Positions 1 through 8,700 of a stretch of DNA of 36,447 nucleotides are shown piece by piece. Source of the stretch: a virus (Duplodnaviria; Caudoviricetes); the IMG/VR virus record IMGVR_UViG_3300005512_002967, positions 1-36,447 of that record; one strand, 5' to 3'. Within the stretch, counting starts at the first letter, position 1, and each line of letters begins with the position of its first letter. A model generated the notes under the pieces. The model was not told the origin of the DNA, did no database searches, and worked only from the letters and a program-made list of their open reading frames with translations. The position numbers and the translations under genes are program-made.

Positions 1-1
1 T

Positions 2-589
2 ATATCTTACGAAAATAAACTTAGTCATCTTAGTTCATGTCTTGGCACTGTTAACTTTATAGATCATTGTTACGAGGTAATGGGTGATAAAGATGTGTTT
101 GTTTTAGGTAACTCACATGCTTCACTAGCTCATTATGTAGTGCTTGAAAAATACGGTAAAGCAAATGCTAGAGAGTTAGTTAAAAAGCACGGCGTTCATG
201 CTAATCGTGATCCTGAGAATGGCATCCATGTATCAGGAGGTAGTCTTGGTCAGGCTGAAACTGTAGCAGTCGGAATGGCTCTTGCTGATAGAGACCGTGA
301 TGTTTACTTGGTAACAAGTGATGGAGCTTGCAATGAGGGGGCAATATGGGAAGCGTTGAGGATTGCAGCTGATAATCGTCTTGAAAATCTAAAAGTTGCT
401 GTTATTGCAAACGGAATGGGTGCATTGGGTAAGATTGATATCGACTACTTAGATTCACGCTTAAATGCCTTCTATCCCGTTTTGGTAGTTAGAAACAATA
501 TGTTTGCCTACCCAGAGTGGTTGCAAGGCTTTAATGGGCATTATGTAGTCATGGACGAGCAAAAATATAAGGAGGTAACAAATGAGTAA
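2..589 (+). CDS. Transketolase-like N-terminal (ThDP-binding) subunit, 5'-truncated by the window edge
   Basis: Frame is open from nt 2 (ISYENKLSHLSSCLGTVNF...), upstream of the ATG at 80. SHLSSCL, GSLGQ and the ThDP motif SDGACNEG..WEA...N are present. Confidence 0.88.
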   Translation: MSYENKLSHLSSCLGTVNFIDHCYEVMGDKDVFVLGNSHASLAHYVVLEKYGKANARELVKKHGVHANRDPENGIHVSGGSLGQAETVAVGMALADRDRDVYLVTSDGACNEGAIWEALRIAADNRLENLKVAVIANGMGALGKIDIDYLDSRLNAFYPVLVVRNNMFAYPEWLQGFNGHYVVMDEQKYKEVTNE

Positions 590-1082
590 AGAATTTCACC
601 CATCACAAAGAGGATATTTTGCAGGAGAACTTAGAGAGCAAATGAAAGAGAATGAAAATATCGTCTTAATAGTGTGCGATCTTGGTTATGGAATGTTTGA
701 CAAGATAAGAGAAGACTTTCCTGATCGTTTCTATAATGTAATGGCATCGGAACAGGCGGGGCTCGGAGTTGCTGTTGGGATGAGCCTTGAAGGTAAGACT
801 GTCTTTATATACTCAATTACAAACTTCCTGCTTTACAGAGGATATGAATGGATTCGCAACTATATAGATCATGAGAGTATTCCTGTTAAGTTAGTAGCTA
901 GTGGGCGAGATAAGGATTATGAACATGATGGGATTTCTCATTGGAGCGAGGATGCTAAACAAGTATTAGATAACTTCCCAAACATAGAGCAATACTGGCC
1001 TGAAGAAAAAGAGGATGTTCCAAAGATGGTTAAAGAGATGGTAGAGAGCGGTAAACCGTCATTTATAAGTCTTAAGCGTTAA
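582..1082 (+). CDS. Transketolase-like pyrimidine-binding subunit, lacking the C-terminal domain
   Basis: DLGYG, FPDRFYNV.ASEQ, G.A.G, YEWIRN, G.SH motifs. Ends at PSFISLKR, about where the Pyr domain ends. Confidence 0.85.
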   Translation: MSKEFHPSQRGYFAGELREQMKENENIVLIVCDLGYGMFDKIREDFPDRFYNVMASEQAGLGVAVGMSLEGKTVFIYSITNFLLYRGYEWIRNYIDHESIPVKLVASGRDKDYEHDGISHWSEDAKQVLDNFPNIEQYWPEEKEDVPKMVKEMVESGKPSFISLKR

Positions 1083-1097
1083 TAATTAAATAATAAT

Positions 1098-1763
1098 ATG
1101 AGCGATGTTAAGTTAGGTGCTATTTTTTATCCAACAGAAAGAGACGGTCAGAAGATCCCTTTTGAGTCTTTATACCTCCCCTATATCTGGCAGGAGATTT
1201 ATTTTGATGGAATTTATATTGATATATTCAACCAAAAGAAAGACATGGTTGTTGTGGATGTTGGAGCAAACTCAGGACTTGTTACTAAATATATGCGTGA
1301 TTATTGCAAGAAACTGTATGCAATAGAACCTTCCACAGAACACTTTGAAGCCCTTAAGAAAAACAAGGAATATAACAAATGGGATAATGTAGAACTTGCA
1401 AATGTGGCGATAGCTGATCGAGATGGAAAAATGAAGTTATCCAAACTAGACAACAATCTAACCTGCAACTCACTTATCAATGACTATAACCAAGGAGGAG
1501 AAGAAGTCGAGACTATGAGGATGGACACCTTCTTTGAGAAGAATGGTATTGAGGAGGTAGATTTCATGAAGTTCGATGTTGAGGGGGCAGAAGACATGAT
1601 CTTGAGAAGTGAAGGCTTTATCAAAGTAGCTCCTAAAATAAAAGCTATTGAGATTGAGTTCCACTATCCCACATGGCAACAATTAGTCGATCACATGATT
1701 AAACTGGGCTACACGGCTAGAAGATATGATTCAAGTGCAATTATTGTTTTGTTTACAAGATGA
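1098..1763 (+). CDS. FkbM-family SAM-dependent methyltransferase
   Basis: VVDVGANSG, AIEP and FMKFDVEGAE motifs. Confidence 0.9.
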   Translation: MSDVKLGAIFYPTERDGQKIPFESLYLPYIWQEIYFDGIYIDIFNQKKDMVVVDVGANSGLVTKYMRDYCKKLYAIEPSTEHFEALKKNKEYNKWDNVELANVAIADRDGKMKLSKLDNNLTCNSLINDYNQGGEEVETMRMDTFFEKNGIEEVDFMKFDVEGAEDMILRSEGFIKVAPKIKAIEIEFHYPTWQQLVDHMIKLGYTARRYDSSAIIVLFTR

Positions 1764-2503
1764 AGCCAATCGTATTTTTTACCATTGTAGACGACAATTA
1801 CTTTTATAGTGCTGGAACTCATATACTCATAAACTCATTCAAGAAATACCATCCTGATATACCTCTCGTGGTATACAGGCAGGATATGATTGATAAGATC
1901 TTCACTAAGAAGAAAGTAAACTTCTACAACGCCAAACCGACATTTGCCAAATTGTTAGCTGATGAGTACGAGCTGGTTGTTAACATAGACTGTGACACTG
2001 TAATCACAGGAAGGTTAACTGAGGTCATTGATGGCAAGTATGATGTGGGTGGTGCTTGGAACTTTAACTCCTACGAGAACGCAAGTTTTGAGAACATAGA
2101 CGAAAAGATGTATGTTCAAGCAGGACTTGTTGGCTCAAGAGATAAGAAGTTCTGGGATATATGGGAAAAAGCAAATAAAGACTGGGAGAAATATGTAAGA
2201 AAAGAAAATGATGTATTAAATTTAGTTTGGTACAACGATCCTTATGTTAGTAAATTAAATAAAGTAATATATGATAAGGACAATAACTATCTAGGCTGTA
2301 AGAGTCTTGGACGAGAGGCTGAAATGTATATCTTTGCAGACAAGTTGATGTTAGACGGTCAAGAAGTTAAAGCCTATCACCACGCCAAGGGTGATGTTAG
2401 ACCAAAGCTAGTATTTGAAACAATGGGATTTACACCACAAGTAACAAAATGGTTACATGAGACCGCTTATCAAGGAATTAGTTTTAAAGTTGAAGCCATA
2501 TAG
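1760..2503 (+). CDS. GT-A fold glycosyltransferase (GT8-like)
   Basis: N-terminal FFTIVDDNY...NSFKKYHPD, DxD motif (NIDCD), QAGL, ENDVLN and a C-terminal HH. Confidence 0.7.
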   Translation: MKPIVFFTIVDDNYFYSAGTHILINSFKKYHPDIPLVVYRQDMIDKIFTKKKVNFYNAKPTFAKLLADEYELVVNIDCDTVITGRLTEVIDGKYDVGGAWNFNSYENASFENIDEKMYVQAGLVGSRDKKFWDIWEKANKDWEKYVRKENDVLNLVWYNDPYVSKLNKVIYDKDNNYLGCKSLGREAEMYIFADKLMLDGQEVKAYHHAKGDVRPKLVFETMGFTPQVTKWLHETAYQGISFKVEAI

Positions 2504-3257
2504 CGTATTTTCACCACCATTTGAGGCAACGTCGGGAGGAATTAGGGTAATGTATGGACTCTATGGATGGTTACTGGCCAAGGGTCAAATAGTACATTTA
2601 AACGCTAGATATGCCCACAGCGACTTCATAGCAATATATCCTGAGATTGAAACGGGGAACCCTGCTCAAGCTAATAGTGTTGTCAGATACATTTTAAATA
2701 AGCCAGGAGTTATGGGTTCACAAAGAGACGGAAAGTTTGTAAGTGGTCCAACCTCTTTTGCAGATACAGATAAGATATTTGTATTTTCCGAACTGTTTAA
2801 CACAATGGGGGTTGACGAGGAACACAAGTTATTCTTACCAATAATAGACACTCACCTGTTCCGAGATATGGGTTTGAAGAGAGATAAGAAAGCAGTTTTT
2901 GTTGGTAAGGGTGAAGACAAGAGATTACACCCTCAAGGTTGTGTACTAATTGATAGGATGGTAGCACAAGACCAAGCAGAACTTGCACAGCTTCTTAATG
3001 AATGTGAGGTTATATACCAGTATGATCCAGTATCGGCCATGAGCGAGATTGCCCGTCTGTGTGGTTGTAGAGTCGTCTACTTAAGCGATCAATATACCAG
3101 AGAAGAATACGAGAGTTACGAACCTGGTATCAATGGCATTTCATTTGGGCTAGAGGAGGATAATAAACTAGATGTGGATAAATTTAGATCACATTATCTG
3201 GGGATGAAAGAGATGTTTAGTAAAAAATTAGATCGCTTTATTGAATTAACACAATGA
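2490..3257 (+). CDS. Putative GT-B glycosyltransferase (WavQ-like)
   Basis: SPPF...SGGIRV, IYPEI..GNP and EIARLCGC.V motifs. TTG start at 2490 preferred over ATG 2457. Confidence 0.6.
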   Translation: MKPYSVFSPPFEATSGGIRVMYGLYGWLLAKGQIVHLNARYAHSDFIAIYPEIETGNPAQANSVVRYILNKPGVMGSQRDGKFVSGPTSFADTDKIFVFSELFNTMGVDEEHKLFLPIIDTHLFRDMGLKRDKKAVFVGKGEDKRLHPQGCVLIDRMVAQDQAELAQLLNECEVIYQYDPVSAMSEIARLCGCRVVYLSDQYTREEYESYEPGINGISFGLEEDNKLDVDKFRSHYLGMKEMFSKKLDRFIELTQ

Positions 3258-4354
3258 AAAAAATTCGCATTTTCGCGTTTCCAAGCCACGGGAATAAAGA
3301 AAGAGTTTCAGGGGTAGACTTTGCTCGCATTATCCAACCGATGGAGGCTCTCAATGGTTACAAGAATGACAAATATGAGTTCCAAGTTGAGGTGTACGAC
3401 CCAAAGACAGCAAGCGACAAGATGAGCTGGGTTGAAATATCCGCCAGAACAGATATTTTATATCTTAACTATACAGCCCTACCTTGGGAGTTTGCACACA
3501 TGGGGCTTATGATGAGGAAAGCAGGAGTACCGATGGTTTTGGACTTAGACGATAATCTATGGAATGTAATGCCTGATAATCAAGCATACGAGTCTTACAA
3601 GAAAGGTGCTGATGGGATTCGTAACTTTACGGCTATTTGTAATGAGGTTGACTATGTCACCACAACAAACAGGTATCTTAAAAATGTAATAGCCTTTAAC
3701 AGTACCAAAGAACACAATAAAATAAAAGTGTTCCCCAACTATGTTAACTTATACCTCTATAACCATAAACCAGAGTTCAAGGATACCAACGACATAACAC
3801 TATTACACTTTGGTTCAACGACTCACTTTATAGACCTACAGGAACAAGAATTTGAGAATGGTATAGATATGATTATGAAGGAATACCCCAATGTTCGTCT
3901 CATGACTATTGGAGCAATGATTCCAAAGTATAAGAAAAAGTGGGGATTAAGGTATGAAAGTGGGTATGGTGATACAGATGTTTACAAGTGGATTAAAGAC
4001 AAATTTCCATCTTTTATGGATAGATGTGATATTTTTGTAACCCCATTACACAATAACGCCTATACCAAATGTAAATCTAGTATTAAGTTTCTAGAAGCAA
4101 GTAGTACAGGCAAGGTTGGGGTGTGGCAAAGAATAAGGCAGTATGAAGAGGTCATTGATGGCAAGAACGGCTTACTAGCGTCAACTGCGGATGAGTGGTA
4201 CTTGGCAATTAAAAAGCTCATTGACGACAAGGTTTTAAGAAAACAAATGGGAGAGAAAGCATTTGAAGATGTTAAGGCGTCATGGCAGGTAAAACAACAC
4301 ATAAACGATTATGCTGATTACTTTTCAGAGATATTTGAGAGTTATAAACCTTGA
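3254..4354 (+). CDS. GT4-like glycosyltransferase
   Basis: RIIQP, DLDDNLW, PNYV, KS.IKFLEAS and GKNGLL motifs. Confidence 0.85.
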   Translation: MKKIRIFAFPSHGNKERVSGVDFARIIQPMEALNGYKNDKYEFQVEVYDPKTASDKMSWVEISARTDILYLNYTALPWEFAHMGLMMRKAGVPMVLDLDDNLWNVMPDNQAYESYKKGADGIRNFTAICNEVDYVTTTNRYLKNVIAFNSTKEHNKIKVFPNYVNLYLYNHKPEFKDTNDITLLHFGSTTHFIDLQEQEFENGIDMIMKEYPNVRLMTIGAMIPKYKKKWGLRYESGYGDTDVYKWIKDKFPSFMDRCDIFVTPLHNNAYTKCKSSIKFLEASSTGKVGVWQRIRQYEEVIDGKNGLLASTADEWYLAIKKLIDDKVLRKQMGEKAFEDVKASWQVKQHINDYADYFSEIFESYKP

Positions 4355-4379
4355 CATTACTTAAATAATTTGATATCAA
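4351..4379 (+). promoter_or_regulatory. Putative sigma70 promoter
   Basis: TTGACA-N17-TATCAA with an extended TG; the -10 is imperfect. Confidence 0.45.
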
Positions 4380-4412
4380 TATATTAACTTTCTTGAGACA
4401 AGTTCCTCAAGT

Positions 4413-4446
4413 AGCGACAAACCTAATTATAGGAGTCGCTTTTTTT
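4413..4446 (+). terminator. Intrinsic terminator-like hairpin just before the ATG at 4465
   Basis: AGCGAC...GTCGCT stem, inner CCTA/TAGG pairing, then a T-run. Confidence 0.65.
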
Positions 4447-4464
4447 ATTATTTAAATAAATACT

Positions 4465-5709
4465 ATGGCAACTACAGGATTGTGGAACATCGGAGGATTT
4501 AATTTACCAGACTTTGGAATAAGTGAAAAATTAGGGATAGGACCAATCAACGCTAATGTTAACCCGTCACAAATGAGTCAATGGGAGACTGTTAAAAACC
4601 CGTCAACACAAACACCACTGCCAGTAGGAACAAAAGTCAGTCCAAATTATGGAGGAAGTGTTTTGGAAGGTCCAGTAAACCAACCAGATCAACAGACACA
4701 GTCGACACAACAATCATCTGGGGGTGGAAATAGCGGTGGCGGAAATTCTGGTGGGATTCCACCAGTTGATATGTCTAAGTATCAAGGTTGGACTGATCAA
4801 AACGCTATCAATGCAGACTGGGCTAACACATGGCAGTCTAAGATGAACCAATCTTCAGGTGGGCCAGACCAAGGCCAAATAAGAAATGAGATTTCTGCTG
4901 GATGGGATCAATACATTAACAGCCTTAATGACCAAATAGGAGGGTTACAATCACAAAGAGGTGCTCAAGAGGCTACCATTGGAAGTCAATACGGTCAAGG
5001 AGTTAACCAACTCAACCTCCAAAAAGAACAAGGGCTACAAGACCTTGGAAAACAAAAGGAGTCAGCACAACAGAACCAAGTTAAAAACTTAAGAGATATT
5101 AGTAGCAATATCAAAAACTCATTCATGGCTGGAAATAACTATCTAGGCTCTATGGGAGCAGGAGACTCAAGTGCTGCCAATCAGTACGCTTTTGCTTTAA
5201 CCAAGATGGGAACTCAACAAAGAAGTGATGTTATGCAGAACACAGCTAACATTATAAACGACATCCAAGGAAGAGAAACAAACCTTAACAATGTCTACAA
5301 CTCAGAGATTAACAACTTAGGATTTGAAAGAGATCAGGCTATAAACGGTGTTGCTCAATGGTTTGCAGACGCACAAAACCAGATTAAACAAATGCAGGCA
5401 CAGGGCCAACTTAATAAATCTCAAGATTTAGCTAACCTCTCAAAGGATATTTACAACCAAGCCCTAAAACGCCTTGATGATGTAAATAGCTATGCACAAC
5501 AGAAACAAGCAGCTCTTGATCAGTGGGCTATCAATCAATCCACAAACATCAATCAGGTTAAACAGAACTTGGCGGCAGTTTCTAATGTTTCCTATAACCA
5601 ACCACAAGCACAGGGATTAGTGGGAACACCAAGCGTTGATTCATCTGGGAACATGATAACGCCAAGGTTCTTTGGTGGAACAAATGAAAAAGATAGATTA
5701 TTTCAATAG
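4465..5709 (+). CDS. Putative internal virion (ejection) protein, Q/N-rich coiled coil
   Basis: Q/N/G-rich helical 414-aa protein directly before the giant protein. Function inferred from position and composition. Confidence 0.5.
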   Translation: MATTGLWNIGGFNLPDFGISEKLGIGPINANVNPSQMSQWETVKNPSTQTPLPVGTKVSPNYGGSVLEGPVNQPDQQTQSTQQSSGGGNSGGGNSGGIPPVDMSKYQGWTDQNAINADWANTWQSKMNQSSGGPDQGQIRNEISAGWDQYINSLNDQIGGLQSQRGAQEATIGSQYGQGVNQLNLQKEQGLQDLGKQKESAQQNQVKNLRDISSNIKNSFMAGNNYLGSMGAGDSSAANQYAFALTKMGTQQRSDVMQNTANIINDIQGRETNLNNVYNSEINNLGFERDQAINGVAQWFADAQNQIKQMQAQGQLNKSQDLANLSKDIYNQALKRLDDVNSYAQQKQAALDQWAINQSTNINQVKQNLAAVSNVSYNQPQAQGLVGTPSVDSSGNMITPRFFGGTNEKDRLFQ

Positions 5710-5721
5710 AAAGGAGGCATT

Positions 5722-8700
5722 ATGGCTTCCCTGAAAGACCTAAAAGATAGAATAAAGCAATATATAGCTCAATCTCCCAATAAAGTTGACGACAAACTTC
5801 TTGGATTTGGACAGAAGGCAGTAGGAACACTTAAAGGAATTGGTGGCAATCTTGCTAATGAGTTCAAACAGCAACAACAGATTAAATTTCAACCAGCTCA
5901 AAGAGCAATAAATTCTCAACCTGTTCAAGATTTTACAAGGTCGGCGTGGCAGGCAACACAAATACCAAAAGCTGGAAACATATTGCAGGCGGCAGGTAGA
6001 ACAGCACTCGGCACAGCACAACTTCCATTCTCACCACAAAACGCAGAAGTTAATCTACAAAAGGCCCTTGAGTTAAGACAAAAAACAGGAACAACTGGAA
6101 GCTATCAACAAGGGCTAATGCCAACACTTAAGACTCTTGGAAATGTTGGGGGAGCAACGGCAGGAACAATGTTAACAGTAGCTAACGTACCCAAAATGCT
6201 TACAGGTGCAGGGGCAACAAGGCTTGCCACATCATCTTTACTTGGTGGAGGATTAAATAAGATTATGGGAGGATCTTTTGCACAGGGGGCAGGACAAATG
6301 GCAGGACTAACACCAGCCATAAGTCAGTTTTCAGCACTAACCAATCCATATATAGCAAAATCACTTGCAAGACTTCCAATGGCAGGTGCGGTTGCATCAA
6401 AACTCCCTCCAGCACTAGCTAATGTTGCTCAAGGTGTAGGAATTGACATATCAACAGGACAAAAGACCACTCCATTAAGTATTGGAATTGATCTTGCAAC
6501 AGGGGCTTTGGGCGGATCGTCTCAATTTGCGGGGTTAAGATCGGTGGAAGCACCAAAAATAAAGATAGATAGTAAAAAGGTTGGTGTTGTAATGGATGCA
6601 ATTAGGTCTTTTAAGAGGGGGGACGTTCTTGATCCCTCAAAAAACAAGGTTGATAGAGAGTTTGTTAATACTGTCTATTCAATAGCTAGGGAATACTCCC
6701 CAGAAATGTTTAAGGATGGTAGGAATATAAACTATTTAAATGCCCTATCTATAGCCAATAAAGCGGTTGCGGAAAACATGGCTTATAAATACCCAGTTAC
6801 AAATCAAATACCAGCAATGGGATTGGTTGGAGATACTAAGCCTAAAGGACTAACACCAGAGGTAAACCCCCTCATCCAAGAAGCCCGTAAATATAAGAGT
6901 GCAGAGGAGTTTGTGAAGGCACAGGGGACACCTGTTTATCACGGGACACAGGCAAAATTTGATAAATTTGACAGCAAGTTTGCGACTGACGCAGAGGGAA
7001 GAATGTTAAATTTGGGTTGGGGAAAAGGTAATTTTTATTTCACAACAAAAAAAGGTGAAGCTCTAAAATATGCTACTAGAGAAAGAAGCGGCGAAGTCGC
7101 AAAGTTATATCCAAAAGGTGAACCTAATGTAATTGAAGCTTTTGTTGATGTTAAAAAGCCATTTGATATGGAAGTTGGAAAGAATGCTGAAAGGTGGCGA
7201 AAAGTTAGAGATGGATATTGGACTGACGGTGTTTCTGATTTTAATTATCATAAAATTCCAAAAGGTAAAACAAAAGCAGAAGCGTTTGTAGAGCAACTCA
7301 AAAAAGAAGGATATGACGGAATTGTTGACGGACAAGAAATAACTGCTTTTTCAGAAAACCAAATCAAAACCAAATCCCAACTAACAGACATCTACAACCA
7401 AGCTAAAGCACAACCAGAGGTAAACCCCTTAATAGCAGAAGCCCGTAAATATAAGAGTGCAGAGGAGTTTGTGAAGGCACAGCCAAAAGTATTTCATGGT
7501 GGAACATCTAAGGGTATGTTTAGCAAAGAAAAACAGAGGGTTGATGGAATATGGTTTTCAGACTCAAAGTCTACTGCGGCTGGATATGCTGGAACTAACG
7601 GAAATGTTACTGAGGCTGTATTAGACTTAAAAAATCCCAAAGTTTATCCCACAGAGGATAGTTACTGGTTAGATAAGACACGCAGTACATTGGAAAAACA
7701 AGGATATGACGGATTGATTATAAAAGATAAAGGACATTTGGCGGTATTTAGACCAGATCAAATCAAAACCAAATCCCAACTAACAGACATCTACAACCAA
7801 GCTAAAGCACAACCAGAGGTAAAGAGTGTGGGACAGCCGTTACAAGTTGGTGGTACGGGGATTATAGATCCTGTAAAAGCAGAAGAAGCAATGATTAGCT
7901 CCGTCAAGAGGGAGATGTATGACAAAGAGGATTTTAACTTATTTAACAGAGTTAAAACAATGGCAAGGTCTAAGTTATTCCAAGAAGGAGACATAGAGAC
8001 ATTGAGAAAAAAGAATGGCGGTGTGATAGATAAAGCAATAGAAAGAGTTAGGGAGGCAGAGCCAAATATTATAGATGATACTGAGGCTTTGGACTATATA
8101 ATAAACCTGCCCACACAAAGAGATACTGTTATGCCAAGGGAAAGTTTTGGAGTAGGCGATAGTGTTTATCTTGCAGAACCAACTCCCAAGACTTTGGAGA
8201 ACATAAAAATAAGAGACTTAAAAGCTGAGAAAAAGGTCGCTGATGCTGATTACAAGAACTGGCAAAGACAAGTATTCCAACAAGAGGGGGCTAGAAGTAC
8301 AGAACAAGGCAATTTAACCAACCAATTAAATAACTTAGGAAAGACAATAAGAAAAAATACGACTGCTGGCAATGTTCCAACTGAAGAAATAAAAGATATA
8401 TCTGGATTTAAAGCATATACAAAAGATATATACAGAAACTTTAAGGACGCTTATGGGAATAACTTCCCTAAGATTAAAAGTGCGTTGCTTGACCCGTTTG
8501 ATGAGGCCAAGGGAGATTTGTCAAGGTCATTTAAAAAGTGGTCAGATCGTGTAGATAGCGAAGTTGTAAAGGGATTTGGAATAAAGAAGGGGAGCAAAGA
8601 GAGTGCAGCCGTTCAACAGTTTGGAGAGGGTAAGGCAAAATATGAAGATTTAATATCTAAGTTTGGAGAAGCAAAAGCCAATAAAATTGTAGAGGCAGAC

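Noticed and set aside
2-1082. Pentose-phosphate auxiliary metabolic gene
   Set aside because: The context is GT, methyltransferase and epimerase genes, with no tal, zwf or gnd.
6855-7823. CRISPR array or DGR template/variable repeat pair
   Set aside because: The repeats are coding and hundreds of bp apart, show no adenine-specific mismatches, and no RT or cas gene is present.
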